DNA of 64,000 nt from Burkholderiales bacterium (GTDB taxonomy: Bacteria > Pseudomonadota > Gammaproteobacteria > Burkholderiales > SG8-39): assembly GCA_044870335.1 (NCBI GenBank), contig JBIOYV010000102.1, positions 2,477 through 66,476 on the forward strand, read 5' to 3'. Every line of letters starts with the position of its first letter. Positions within the stretch are counted from its first letter, which is position 1. A program made the position numbers and the translations under genes. Below the pieces are notes generated by a model. That model searched no databases. It was given only the letters and a program-made list of their open reading frames with translations, and was not told the origin of the DNA. Below are positions 54,007-63,689 of this stretch, in pieces.

Positions 54007-54540
54007 ATGGGACGGCAGCGCGTCTGGCTCTCCGTGGTATTTGTCTTGATCGCGGGTTGCGCGCAGCTCCAGACCGAAGTCCCGCAGGACGTCGAGTTCG
54101 ATTTGAGCGGCCGGCTCGCGGCGCGCTACGGCAAGGACGCATTCACCGGCAACATCGCCTGGCGCCACGCGAGGAGCGCCGACGAAATGCTCATCACCTC
54201 TTCGCTCGGCGCCGGCGTGGCCCGCATCGTGCGCAACGGCGATGCGGTCGTCTTGACCACCGCGGAGCCGCGCGAGTACCGGGCGAGCGATGCCGAGGCG
54301 CTGACCGAGGAGGTCCTGGGCTTTCGCCTGCCGCTCTCGGGGCTTGCGGACTGGGTTCGCGGCAGGCCTTCGGACGGGGCCGGCGCAAAGGCGGACTATG
54401 ACGAGCAGGGCCGGCTGCGCTCGCTCGAGGAGCGCGGCTGGAAGATCGACTACCAGGAGTACGACGGGAAGCTGCCTTCGCGCATGCGTCTCACCTATCC
54501 CGACATCGAGCTTCGGCTCGCGATCTCGAAGTGGCAATGA
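54007..54540 (+). CDS. lolB: Outer-membrane lipoprotein insertion protein LolB
   Basis: IAGC lipobox, GFRLPLSGLADWVRG; TPR-lolB-ispE context. Confidence 0.88.
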   Translation: MGRQRVWLSVVFVLIAGCAQLQTEVPQDVEFDLSGRLAARYGKDAFTGNIAWRHARSADEMLITSSLGAGVARIVRNGDAVVLTTAEPREYRASDAEALTEEVLGFRLPLSGLADWVRGRPSDGAGAKADYDEQGRLRSLEERGWKIDYQEYDGKLPSRMRLTYPDIELRLAISKWQ

Positions 54541-54547
54541 AGCGTCA

Positions 54548-55378
54548 ATGAAGTGGTACCCCGCGCCGGGAAAGCTGAATCTCTTCCTGCACGTGCTCGG
54601 CAAGCGCGAGAGAGGGGAACATGCGGGCTACCACGAGCTGCAGACGGTGTTCCGCCTGGTCGATCGCGCCGACCGCGTCGGCATCGGACTGCGCGAGGAC
54701 GGCGAGATCCGGTTCTCGGGCGTCTACGGCGAGGAAAACCTGTGCGTTCGCGCTGCACGTCTGTTGAAAAAGACCGCGGCAACGCAGAAAGGCGCCGACC
54801 TTAAGCTGGAGAAGGTCCTTCCCGTGGGCGGCGGGATGGGGGGCGGCTCCTCGGACGCCGCGACGGTCCTCCTGGTCTTGAACAAGTTGTGGAATCTCCA
54901 GTTCCCGCCCGCCCGGTTGATCGACATCGGAGAGACGCTAGGCGCGGACGTTCCGGTGTTCGTCAACGGCCGCAACGCGCTCGGCGAGGGCATCGGCGAG
55001 CGGCTCACGGCGCTCGACCTGCCCGCGGCCTGGTACCTCGTGCTCGAGCCCCAAGTCTCGGTTTCCACGAAGGAAATCTTCGCTTCCGCGTTGACAGGGC
55101 AGTCGAAAGCACTCAAAATACCGCCCTTTTTCTCGGGGCAGGGACGCAACGACCTCGAAGCGGTGGTCGCGGCGCGATATCCCGAGGTGGCAGCGCACCT
55201 CGAATGGTTGAGACAACGCTCGCCGCAGGCGCGCATGACCGGGTCCGGGGCGTGCGTGTTCGCGGAGTTCACATCGGAGGCCCAGGCGCGCGCTCTATAC
55301 GACCAATTGCCGGGGGATATGCGTGGATTCGTCGCGCGGGGCTTGGACCGGCATCCGCTCGCCGAGCCGGGAAATTGA
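54548..55378 (+). CDS. ispE: 4-diphosphocytidyl-2-C-methyl-D-erythritol kinase
   Basis: KLNLFLH, GGGSSDAA, GADVPVF, MTGSGA. Confidence 0.96.
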   Translation: MKWYPAPGKLNLFLHVLGKRERGEHAGYHELQTVFRLVDRADRVGIGLREDGEIRFSGVYGEENLCVRAARLLKKTAATQKGADLKLEKVLPVGGGMGGGSSDAATVLLVLNKLWNLQFPPARLIDIGETLGADVPVFVNGRNALGEGIGERLTALDLPAAWYLVLEPQVSVSTKEIFASALTGQSKALKIPPFFSGQGRNDLEAVVAARYPEVAAHLEWLRQRSPQARMTGSGACVFAEFTSEAQARALYDQLPGDMRGFVARGLDRHPLAEPGN

Positions 55379-55416
55379 CCGAATTTGGGGCGAGATTCTC
55401 CGCCCCGGTACCATAC

Positions 55417-55493
55417 TGGGGAGTCGCCAAGCTGGTTAAGGCACCGGATTTTGATTCCGGCATACGAGGGTTCGAATCCTTCCTCCCCAGCCA
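55417..55493 (+). tRNA. tRNA-Gln (TTG)
   Basis: TGGGGAG/CTCCCCA acceptor stem, CCGGA-TTTTGAT-TCCGG anticodon arm, GTTCGAATC, CCA end. Confidence 0.97.
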
Positions 55494-55499
55494 ATCCAC

Positions 55500-56480
55500 A
55501 TGAACACGATGACGCACGGACCTAGCGCGGCGCAGCTCGAGCGCCTGATGGTGTTCACGGGCAACGCCAACCCGCGCCTCGCGCAGGAGGTGGCGCGCTA
55601 CCTCAACCTGTCGCTCGGCCGGGCGATCGTCGGCAAGTTCTCCGACGGCGAAGTGATGGTCGAGCTCCTGGAGAACGTGCGCGGCAAGGACGTGTTCGTG
55701 CTGCAGTCGACCTGCGCTCCGACCAACGACAACCTGATGGAGCTCCTGGTCATGGTCGACGCGCTCAAGCGCTCGTCGGCCGCCCGCGTCACCGCCGCGA
55801 TCCCGTATTTCGGCTACGCGCGCCAGGACCGCCGGCCGCGCTCGGCGCGGGTCGCGATCAGCGCCAAGGTGGTGGCGAACATGCTCGCCTCGGTGGGCGT
55901 GGCCCGCGTGCTGACCATGGACCTGCACGCGGATCAGATCCAGGGCTTCTTCGACATCCCGGTCGACAACATCTACGCCGCGCCGGTGCTCCTCGGGGAC
56001 GTGTGGAAGCAGCGCTACGAGAACCTCATCGTGGTCTCGCCCGACGTGGGCGGGGTGGTGCGCGCGCGCGCGCTCGCGAAGCGCCTGGAGTCGGACCTCG
56101 CGATCATCGACAAGCGCCGGCCGAAGGCCAACGTCAGCGAGGTGATGAACGTGATCGGCGAGGTGCAGGACCGCACCTGCGTCATCATGGACGACATGGT
56201 CGACACCGCTGGCACGCTGGTGAAGGCGGCCCAGGTGCTGAAAGAGGAAGGCGCCACCAAGGTCGTCGCCTACTGCACGCACGCGGTGCTCTCGGGTCCG
56301 GCGGTCGAGCGCATCGCCAAGTCCGACCTCGACGAGCTCGTGGTCACCGACACCATTCCGCTGCGCGAGGACGCGCGCAGCTGCAGCAAGATCAGGAGCC
56401 TTTCGGTCGCGGGACTCCTCGCCGAGACGATCCTTCGCATCTACACCGAGGAATCGGTGAGCTCTCTGTTCATAGAATGA
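55500..56480 (+). CDS. prs: Ribose-phosphate pyrophosphokinase
   Basis: [31 protein letters not shown]. Confidence 0.98.
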   Translation: MNTMTHGPSAAQLERLMVFTGNANPRLAQEVARYLNLSLGRAIVGKFSDGEVMVELLENVRGKDVFVLQSTCAPTNDNLMELLVMVDALKRSSAARVTAAIPYFGYARQDRRPRSARVAISAKVVANMLASVGVARVLTMDLHADQIQGFFDIPVDNIYAAPVLLGDVWKQRYENLIVVSPDVGGVVRARALAKRLESDLAIIDKRRPKANVSEVMNVIGEVQDRTCVIMDDMVDTAGTLVKAAQVLKEEGATKVVAYCTHAVLSGPAVERIAKSDLDELVVTDTIPLREDARSCSKIRSLSVAGLLAETILRIYTEESVSSLFIE

Positions 56481-56504
56481 GGTTCTCCTAGCTTTTCAAC
56501 TTCG

Positions 56505-56527
56505 CCGGTGCCTGGTCGCGGGGCCGG
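56505..56527 (+). promoter_or_regulatory. Hairpin in the rplY leader (possible L25 autoregulatory element)
   Basis: CCGGTGCC-TGGTCGC-GGGGCCGG just upstream of the AAGGAG RBS. Confidence 0.4.
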
Positions 56528-56545
56528 TTCAACCAAGGAGCAGTC

Positions 56546-57304
56546 ATGAAATTCGAAATCAGCGCGGAAAAGCGCGAGGCGCAAGGAACGGGTGCGAGCC
56601 GCCGTCTGCGCCGCATCGGCAAGGTGCCCGGCATCGTGTACGGCGGGGCCGAGGGCGCGGTGAACATCCAGCTCGACCACAAGGCGCTGTTCCAGAACCT
56701 GAGGAACGAGAAGTTCCACGCTTCGATCCTGACGCTCAAGCTGAACGGCGGCGCCGAGCAGGTGCTGCTGCGCGCGGTGAACATGCATCCGTTCAAGCTG
56801 CAGGTGCAGCACGTCGACTTCCAGCGCGTGTCCAAGGACAAGAAGATCCACATGAAGGTGCCCCTGCACTTCGTGAATGCCGACAAGTCGCCTGGCGTGA
56901 AGGAGCAGGGCGGCATCGCGAGCCACGTGCTGAACGAGCTCGACATCACCTGCTTCCCGGACGACCTGCCGGAGTTCATCGACGTCGATCTCTCCAGCCT
57001 CACGGTCGGCCACTCGATGCACGTGCGGGACGTGGCGCTGCCGAAGGGCGTGGAGCTCGCGATCCACAAGAGCGAGAACCCGGTGGTCGCGACCGTGGTG
57101 ATCCCGTCGCTCATCACCGAGGAGGAGGAAGCGGCGGCGGCTGCAGCCGCCGTGGCTCCGTCCGAAATTCCGACCACCGAGCAGGCGGCCGCGCCGAAGG
57201 AAGGCGAAGGGGCGCCTGCCGAGGGCGAGAAGGGCGACAAGGGCAAGGCTGCCGCGGAGAAGCCCGCGGCTGCCGACAAGGGCGAGAAGAAAGAGAAGAA
57301 GTAA
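56546..57304 (+). CDS. rplY: 50S ribosomal protein L25/CTC (long form)
   Basis: GASRRLR, VPGIVYGG, HVDFQRV; Ala/Glu/Lys-rich tail. Confidence 0.96.
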   Translation: MKFEISAEKREAQGTGASRRLRRIGKVPGIVYGGAEGAVNIQLDHKALFQNLRNEKFHASILTLKLNGGAEQVLLRAVNMHPFKLQVQHVDFQRVSKDKKIHMKVPLHFVNADKSPGVKEQGGIASHVLNELDITCFPDDLPEFIDVDLSSLTVGHSMHVRDVALPKGVELAIHKSENPVVATVVIPSLITEEEEAAAAAAAVAPSEIPTTEQAAAPKEGEGAPAEGEKGDKGKAAAEKPAAADKGEKKEKK

Positions 57305-57307
57305 CCC

Positions 57308-57967
57308 TTGATCCGTCTCGTCGTAGGCCTGGGCAACCCGGGCAAAGAGTACGAGCGCACGCGCCACAACGCGGGCTTCTGGGTGGTCGAGCGCTTTGCT
57401 TCGTCCAAGGGCATCGCGTTGCGCAAGGACGGAAAATTCAAGGCGCTCGTCGGCCAGATCCAGGGAACGAGCCCCGCGGGCGCGGCCTGGCTGCTCCTTC
57501 CGCAGAGCTTCATGAACGCGAGCGGCCAGCCGGTGCAGATGCTCGCCGGCTTCTTCAGGATCAAGCCCGAAGAGATCCTGGTGATCCACGACGAGCTCGA
57601 TTTCCCGCCCGGGGTTGCCAAGCTCAAGCAGGGCGGCGGCATCGCGGGCCACAACGGCCTCAAGGACATCTCGCAGCGCCTGGCGACGCACGAGTATTGG
57701 CGGCTGAGACTGGGCGTGGGCAAGCCTCCCGCAGGACGCGAAGGCGCCGACTACGTCCTGGAGAAGCCCCCGGCCGAGGAGCGCGCGGCGATCGACTCGG
57801 TGATCGAGAAGGCGCTCGAGGTGCTGCCGCTGTGCCTTTCGGGCGACATGCAGACGGCCATGCAAAAGCTGCATACGGAAGAAAAAGCTCCCGTCAAGAA
57901 AGAAGAGCCCGTTAAGGAACCGGAGAAGAAGGGCCTCCTCAGCGGCCTGCTCGGCCGCAAGAAATGA
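57308..57967 (+). CDS. pth: Peptidyl-tRNA hydrolase with C-terminal extension
   Basis: [26 protein letters not shown]. Confidence 0.96.
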   Translation: MIRLVVGLGNPGKEYERTRHNAGFWVVERFASSKGIALRKDGKFKALVGQIQGTSPAGAAWLLLPQSFMNASGQPVQMLAGFFRIKPEEILVIHDELDFPPGVAKLKQGGGIAGHNGLKDISQRLATHEYWRLRLGVGKPPAGREGADYVLEKPPAEERAAIDSVIEKALEVLPLCLSGDMQTAMQKLHTEEKAPVKKEEPVKEPEKKGLLSGLLGRKK

Positions 57968-59052
57968 GCCTCAAGTGCGGCATCGTGGGCCTGCCGAACG
58001 TCGGCAAGTCCACGCTCTTCAACGCGCTCACCAAGGCCGGAATCGCGGCCGAGAACTATCCCTTCTGCACCATCGAGCCGAACGTCGGCATCGTCGAGGT
58101 CCCCGACCTGCGCCTGGAGGTGATCGCCGAGATCGCGCAGCCGCAGAAGGTGGTGCCGGCGGTGGTCGAGTTCGTGGACATCGCCGGGCTGGTGGCCGGC
58201 GCTTCGAAAGGCGAGGGCCTCGGCAACAAGTTCCTCGCCAACATCCGCGAGACCGACGCCATCGCTCACGTGGTGCGCTGCTTCGAGGATCCCAACGTCG
58301 TGCACGTCGCCGGCAAGGTCGATCCGGTGTCCGACATCGAGACCATCAACACCGAGCTCGCCCTTGCCGACCTCGACTCGGTCGAGCGACAGCTCGCGAA
58401 GTACGAGAAGGTCGCGCAGACCACCGGTGAGAAGGACGCCGTGCGCCTGGTGTCGGCATTGAGAAAAGTAAGACAAGTCCTCGATGCGGGCCGGCCGGCG
58501 CGCAGCGCCGAATTGTCGAAGGAAGAGCACGCCGTGCTCAAGCCTCTCTTCCTCCTCACGATGAAGCCGACCATGTATGTCGCCAACGTGGGCGAGCAAG
58601 GTTCTGAAAGATTGCTTTCCCAGGTGAGGGCGCACGCGGCAAAGGAAGGCGCTCCCGTCGTGCCGATCAGCGCGAACATCGAATCGCAGATCGTCGACAT
58701 GTCCGACGAGGACAAGCTCCTTTTCCTCGAGGACATGGGAATGGACGAGCCCGGCCTGAACCGCGTCATCCGCGCCGCCTACGGGCTGCTCGGCCTGCAG
58801 ACCTACTTCACCGCCGGGCCGAAGGAAGTTCGCGCCTGGACCGTGCCGGCGGGCGCCACCGCGCCGCAGGCCGCGGGCGTCATCCACACCGACTTCGAGC
58901 GCGGCTTCATCCGCGCCGAGGTCGCTTCCTACGACGATTTCGTGGCGCACGGCGGCGAGCTCGGGGCCAAGGAGGCGGGGAAGCTGCGCCTCGAGGGGCG
59001 GGACTACGCCGTGCGCGACGGCGACGTGATCCACTTCCGCTTCAACGTGTAA
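57964..59052 (+). CDS. ychF: Redox-regulated ATPase YchF
   Basis: [33 protein letters not shown]. Confidence 0.98.
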   Translation: MSLKCGIVGLPNVGKSTLFNALTKAGIAAENYPFCTIEPNVGIVEVPDLRLEVIAEIAQPQKVVPAVVEFVDIAGLVAGASKGEGLGNKFLANIRETDAIAHVVRCFEDPNVVHVAGKVDPVSDIETINTELALADLDSVERQLAKYEKVAQTTGEKDAVRLVSALRKVRQVLDAGRPARSAELSKEEHAVLKPLFLLTMKPTMYVANVGEQGSERLLSQVRAHAAKEGAPVVPISANIESQIVDMSDEDKLLFLEDMGMDEPGLNRVIRAAYGLLGLQTYFTAGPKEVRAWTVPAGATAPQAAGVIHTDFERGFIRAEVASYDDFVAHGGELGAKEAGKLRLEGRDYAVRDGDVIHFRFNV

Positions 59053-59116
59053 TTCCGTTTTGCCAGGCCTCGGAGGCACGCTCCTTGCGGGTAAGCCCTG
59101 CGAAGGAGGTCCTGCC

Positions 59117-59377
59117 ATGCTCAAGACATTGGCTGTTGCCGCAGCGCTCGGATTCTCGGGCGCCGCAATCGCGCAGCAAGCTCAACCCGGTCCGGCAAAG
59201 CCGGATGCGAAAGGTGAATCGCCGACCGCCCCCGAGAGCAGCGCTGCAGGCGGCACAAGCCGCTCAGCCTGCGACGTCGTCGGCGCCGATATCATCAAGG
59301 GCTGCCTCAAGCGACAGGAGTCGGGCTCCTCGGACGCGGCGAACGAGTTCAAGGACCCGAAGCAGCCGCCTCGATAG
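59117..59377 (+). CDS. Small secreted hypothetical protein
   Basis: GGAGG RBS; signal peptide MLKTLAVAAALGFSGAAIA; one Cys pair. Confidence 0.7.
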   Translation: MLKTLAVAAALGFSGAAIAQQAQPGPAKPDAKGESPTAPESSAAGGTSRSACDVVGADIIKGCLKRQESGSSDAANEFKDPKQPPR

Positions 59378-59413
59378 TCTCACACCCGCGGTGCGACGCG
59401 TTAGCATCGCGCC

Positions 59414-59860
59414 ATGGTAGAGCTCGGCGTAGCCCGGACCGATGAGCTGCCCCAGCTCGTGGCGCTGCTGACGATTCTGTTTTCCGAAGAATCGGAGTTT
59501 TCACCGGACTACGAGAAGCAGACGCGGGCGCTCGAGAAGATCCTGTCCGACCAATCGGTGGGCACGATCTATGTTGCGCGCGACGAGGGCCAGGTCGTGG
59601 CGATGGCAAGCCTGCTCTATACCGTGAGCACGGCGGAAGGCGGCACCGTGGCGCTGTTCGAAGACCTGGTCGTCCAGCCCACGCATCGCGACCAGGGGAT
59701 CGCCACGGCGCTCGCGGGATTCGCGATCGCCGAGGCGAAGAGCCGCGGGGTGCTGCGCCTCACGCTCCTGACCGATATGCAAAACGAGCGGGCACAAGCA
59801 CTCTACCGCAGGCTAGGATTTATCGATTCGTCCATGAAACCGATGAGGCTGAAACTTTGA
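59414..59860 (+). CDS. GNAT acetyltransferase
   Basis: EDLVV, HRDQGIA, NERAQALY, GF. Confidence 0.88.
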   Translation: MVELGVARTDELPQLVALLTILFSEESEFSPDYEKQTRALEKILSDQSVGTIYVARDEGQVVAMASLLYTVSTAEGGTVALFEDLVVQPTHRDQGIATALAGFAIAEAKSRGVLRLTLLTDMQNERAQALYRRLGFIDSSMKPMRLKL

Positions 59861-60333
59861 AGACCGCCGCCGTACTGTGCGCGCTGCTGGCCGCCATGCC
59901 CGCGCTCGCGCAGGAAAAGAAGCAAGCCGACCCGCAGGTCGACCGCGGTCGCTACCTCGTGAAGATCGGCGGCTGCAACGATTGCCACACGCCGACTTAC
60001 GCCGTGTCGGGCGGCAAGGTTCAGGAATCCGCATGGCTCACGGGAGACGCGCTCGGCTGGCGGGGTCCGTGGGGGACGACCTACGCGACGAACCTGCGCC
60101 TCTACATGCAGGACCTGACCGAGGAGCAGTGGGTGCAGAAGGGCAAGGCGCTGAGCGCGCGGCCGCCGATGCCCTGGTTCAACGTGCGCGAGATGAGCAC
60201 CTCGGATCTTCGCGCCGTGTACCGCTACATCCGCCATCTCGGGCCCGCCGGCAAGCCCGCGCCGGCGTTCGTTCCGCCGCACCAGACGCCGCCGCAGCCT
60301 TACGTTCAGTTCCCCGCGCCGCCAAAGAATTAG
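59857..60333 (+). CDS. Periplasmic monoheme cytochrome c
   Basis: Signal peptide, GCNDCHT, PPMPW. Confidence 0.88.
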   Translation: MKTAAVLCALLAAMPALAQEKKQADPQVDRGRYLVKIGGCNDCHTPTYAVSGGKVQESAWLTGDALGWRGPWGTTYATNLRLYMQDLTEEQWVQKGKALSARPPMPWFNVREMSTSDLRAVYRYIRHLGPAGKPAPAFVPPHQTPPQPYVQFPAPPKN

Positions 60334-60345
60334 GCCAGGACAGTC

Positions 60346-60666
60346 TCAGGTCACGGTCAGCCGCGCCTGCGCGCTGCCTTCGACCTCGTCGTCGTCGAGC
60401 CACCAGAACTCGACGTCTCCGCTTTCGGCCGCGACGAAGAAGAACCGCAGCGTCGGGTTGGCGGCAATGCCGGTGCTGAGCGTGGCTCGGAACACGTCCA
60501 CGCCGTTGTAGCGGCAACGGAAGGAATGGATCGCGTTGCGCGGCACGCGCTCGCCGTTCAGCCCGCGCCGGAAGCCGGTCTCCATCGGGTGCTGGATCAG
60601 GATGCCGACCTCCACCAGCTCGCCGCGGCGCGCCTGCTCCGGCATGCGGATGCGGGAAAGCGCCAT
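60346..60666 (-). CDS. soxZ: SoxZ-like protein
   Basis: HPMETGFR, IAANP. Confidence 0.85.
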   Translation of the reverse strand: MALSRIRMPEQARRGELVEVGILIQHPMETGFRRGLNGERVPRNAIHSFRCRYNGVDVFRATLSTGIAANPTLRFFFVAAESGDVEFWWLDDDEVEGSAQARLTVT

Positions 60667-61152
60667 TCAGCCGCCGTCGGTGCAGGCCGCCTCGAGCACC
60701 TCGACGTCGAGCGCGTCGGACCAGAAGCTGCCGTCGGAGAGCTCGGCGATCGCCACCACGCGCTGGGAGCCGTTCAAGCGGATGCGCGAGCTCACCTCGG
60801 CGCGCCCGGAGGCCGGCCCGAGCCAGAAGCTCGCCATCTCGCGCACCGGGTTCTTTTCCGAGACCAGGTGCACCGCGCGCACGTGCTCGGCGGCGGTCAT
60901 GGGACTGTCGACCCGTACGCTCATCGGCACCGAGTGGCCGTTCTCGGCGAGCTTCGGCAGCTCGAGGTGGACGCGCCCAGGATGCACCGCCTTTCCCTTG
61001 GTCAGCGAGAACACGAGGGGATCGGTGGTGCTCACGTGCGCGTTGGCCTGCGCCGTCGCGCGCAGCGGCAGCGCCAGCACGCCCAGCGCTACGAAGCGGC
61101 GCCGGTCCACCCTAAAGCCGCGCCGGTCCACCCTAAAGCCGCGGCGTTCCAC
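60667..61152 (-). CDS. soxY: SoxY-like carrier protein with non-canonical C-terminus
   Basis: Tat-like RR, AENGHSVP, NP, SRIRL; ends EAACTDGG. Confidence 0.8.
   Translation of the reverse strand: MERRGFRVDRRGFRVDRRRFVALGVLALPLRATAQANAHVSTTDPLVFSLTKGKAVHPGRVHLELPKLAENGHSVPMSVRVDSPMTAAEHVRAVHLVSEKNPVREMASFWLGPASGRAEVSSRIRLNGSQRVVAIAELSDGSFWSDALDVEVLEAACTDGG
61090..61152. repeat. Three imperfect 21-bp tandem units at the soxY 5' end
   Basis: TACGAAGCGGCGCCGGTCCAC / CCTAAAGCCGCGCCGGTCCAC / CCTAAAGCCGCGGCGTTCCAC. Confidence 0.85.
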
Positions 61153-61153
61153 C

Positions 61154-62128
61154 TCAGGCCGCGGCGCGCTCGGCGAAGATCTTCGCCAGAGTGGCGCGGA
61201 AGGGCAGCAGCTCGGCGCCCTCGAGCACCCCGCGCGCCGCCATCTCGCGGTGCAGGGCGGGCAAATTGTAGTGCGGCACCGAGGCGTAGAGATGGTGCTC
61301 GATGTGGTAGTTGACGTGGTGCGGGAAGATCAGCCACTCGAGCCAGGCCGGACCGGTGTTGGTCCGCGCCGCGGTGAGCGGCGATGAAAAATCGGTGGTC
61401 GCGCCGTGCTCCGCGATCGCGCGCAGCCGCAGGATCGCCTGCACCACCGTGACGAGCGGCAGCACCCACAGCACCAGGTACTGGACGAGGTACCCGGCCC
61501 ACGCGAACGCGAGAAGGAGCGCGAGATGGAAGCCGATCACCACGTTGCGATCGCGCTTCGCCTCGAGCCGCAGCTTCTCGGACGTGTCGTCTAGCGGCCG
61601 CAGGGCGACGTGGGTGGCCGTGTTCAGCGCCGGCGCCCCGCCGAGAAAGTACGCGTAGGTCTTCCACGCCGTCAGCCCCGACAGATCCTTCATCAATTTC
61701 TTCAACAGATACGCCTTGCCGCGAGGGTAGCCCCCATGCAATGCCGTGTCCGGATCGAGCTCGCCGTACAGATTGTTGTGGTGCAGGCGATGGATCACGC
61801 GGTAGGTGCACATCGAAAGGCCCTGCACGGTCGCGCAGGCGCGCCCGGCCAGGTCGTTCAGCCAGCGCCGCTCGTAGAGCAGATAGTGCGCCGCGTCGTG
61901 CGCGACGACGAAGAGCGCGTGCTGTCGCGTCCCGATCACCACCACCGAAATCAGGATCACCAGAGGGTTGGGCCAGAAGTAGAGGGCAACGGCGAGCGCG
62001 CCGGCAATTACCGCGACGTCGTGCAAGATCGCCGCGGTTGCTCGCCATGGCGAGCGGTGCGTCAGGGCCTGGACGACGTTCTTCGGCAGCGCCTTCCGGA
62101 AGTCGTCCTTGAAGTCCTCGCCGCGCAC
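61154..62128 (-). CDS. Membrane fatty-acid desaturase/hydroxylase family protein
   Basis: His boxes HDAAH, HRLHH, HIEHH; GTG start overlaps the gabD stop. Confidence 0.9.
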   Translation of the reverse strand: MRGEDFKDDFRKALPKNVVQALTHRSPWRATAAILHDVAVIAGALAVALYFWPNPLVILISVVVIGTRQHALFVVAHDAAHYLLYERRWLNDLAGRACATVQGLSMCTYRVIHRLHHNNLYGELDPDTALHGGYPRGKAYLLKKLMKDLSGLTAWKTYAYFLGGAPALNTATHVALRPLDDTSEKLRLEAKRDRNVVIGFHLALLLAFAWAGYLVQYLVLWVLPLVTVVQAILRLRAIAEHGATTDFSSPLTAARTNTGPAWLEWLIFPHHVNYHIEHHLYASVPHYNLPALHREMAARGVLEGAELLPFRATLAKIFAERAAA

Positions 62129-63612
62129 TAGTTGTCGATGCCGCCCAGAAGGACGTACTTGATCTCGAGGAATTCCTCGATCCCGTATTTCGACCCTTCG
62201 CGGCCGAGGCCCGACTGCTTCACGCCGCCGAAAGGCGCCACCTCGGTCGAGATGATGCCGGCGTTCACGCCGACCATGCCGGTCTCCATCGCCTCGGCCA
62301 CGCGCCAGATCCGGCCGACGTCGCGGCTGTAGAAGTAGCCCGCGAGCCCGAACTCGCTGTCGTTCGCGAGTCCGATCACCTCGTCCTCGGTCTTGAAGCG
62401 GATCAGCGGCGCCACCGGACCGAAGGTCTCCTCGTGGGACACCAGCATTTGCGGAGTCACGTTGGTGAGCACGGTCGGCTGGAAGAACAGGCCGCCGCGC
62501 TCGTGCTTCTTTCCGCCCAGGATGATCTTGGCGCCTTTGCCGACCGCGTCCGCCACGTGGGCCTCGACCTTCTTCAGCCCCTGCTCGTCGATCAGCGGAC
62601 CGATCACGACCCCGGGCTCGGTTCCGGCGCCGACCTTGAAGCCTTTCACCTTCTCCGTGAGCTTCGCGGCGAACGCGTCGTACACGTCGTCCTGCACGTA
62701 AAGGCGGTTCGCGCACACGCAGGTCTGGCCCGCGTTGCGGTATTTCGACGCGAGCGCGCCTTCGACCGCGGCGTCGAGGTCGGCGTCGTCGAACACGATG
62801 AAAGGCGCGTTGCCGCCGAGCTCAAGCGAAAGCTTCTTGATGGTATCGGCCGACTGGCGCATGAGGACGCGCCCGGTCTCGGTCGAGCCGGTGAAGGAGA
62901 GCTTGCGCACCTTCGGACTGGCGCACAGCTCGGCGCCGATTGCCTTCGAGTCGCCCGTGATGACGTTCAGCACGCCCTTCGGGATGCCGGCGCGCTCGCC
63001 GAGCTCGGCCATCGCGAGCGCCGAGTAGGGCGTCTGGCCCGCGGGCTTGATCACCACCGGGCAGCCCGCAGCGAGCGCCGGCCCGGCCTTGCGCGTAATC
63101 ATCGCGTTGGGGAAATTCCACGGCGTGATCAGCGCGGCGACTCCGATCGGCTGCTTGATGACGACGACGCGCTTGTCGGCCCAGGGCGAAGGGATGGTGT
63201 CGCCGTAGACGCGCTTCGCTTCCTCGGCGAACCATTCGATGAACGAGGCGCCGTAGGCGATCTCGCCGCGCGCCTCGGCGAGCGGCTTTCCCTGCTCGGC
63301 GGTGAGAATCTGCGCCAGGTCCTCCTGGTTCGCCATCATCAGCTCGAACCACTTGCGCAGGACGCCCGAGCGCTCCTTGCCGGTCTTCGCGCGCCACGCC
63401 GGCCAGGCGCGCTCGGCGGCGTCGACGGCGCGCCGCGCCTCCTCGGCGCCGAGCTTCGGCACCGTGCCGAGCACGGCCTGGGTGGCGGGGTTGCGCACCG
63501 GAATGGTGTTGGCGCCGCCCACCCATTCGCCGCCGACATAGCACTGCTCTCGGAAGAGCCGAGGGTCCTTAAGGGAAAGCGCGGCAAGGCCTGCCTGTGC
63601 TGGAGCGTTCAT
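62128..63612 (-). CDS. gabD: NAD(P)-dependent succinate-semialdehyde dehydrogenase
   Basis: ITPWNFP, FTGST, ELGGNAP, GQTCVC, EETFGP. Confidence 0.93.
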   Translation of the reverse strand: MNAPAQAGLAALSLKDPRLFREQCYVGGEWVGGANTIPVRNPATQAVLGTVPKLGAEEARRAVDAAERAWPAWRAKTGKERSGVLRKWFELMMANQEDLAQILTAEQGKPLAEARGEIAYGASFIEWFAEEAKRVYGDTIPSPWADKRVVVIKQPIGVAALITPWNFPNAMITRKAGPALAAGCPVVIKPAGQTPYSALAMAELGERAGIPKGVLNVITGDSKAIGAELCASPKVRKLSFTGSTETGRVLMRQSADTIKKLSLELGGNAPFIVFDDADLDAAVEGALASKYRNAGQTCVCANRLYVQDDVYDAFAAKLTEKVKGFKVGAGTEPGVVIGPLIDEQGLKKVEAHVADAVGKGAKIILGGKKHERGGLFFQPTVLTNVTPQMLVSHEETFGPVAPLIRFKTEDEVIGLANDSEFGLAGYFYSRDVGRIWRVAEAMETGMVGVNAGIISTEVAPFGGVKQSGLGREGSKYGIEEFLEIKYVLLGGIDN

Positions 63613-63661
63613 GGATTGCCTCCAAAGACAGCAGATTTTACTCCCCGCCCATGGTTAGAAT

Positions 63662-63676
63662 GGTTGTCTGACAACC
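63662..63676. promoter_or_regulatory. Perfect palindrome, possible GntR/FadR-family operator
   Basis: GGTTGTC-T-GACAACC immediately after TAGAAT (63656-63661). Confidence 0.6.
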
Positions 63677-63689
63677 GAGGAGGAGCGTC

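Noticed and set aside
55417-55493. tRNA-Gln as an integration site
   Set aside because: Lies in the conserved ispE-tRNA-prs order; no integrase or duplicated 3' end seen
61090-61152. CRISPR-like array
   Set aside because: Units are contiguous without spacers, in frame within a CDS, and no cas genes are present
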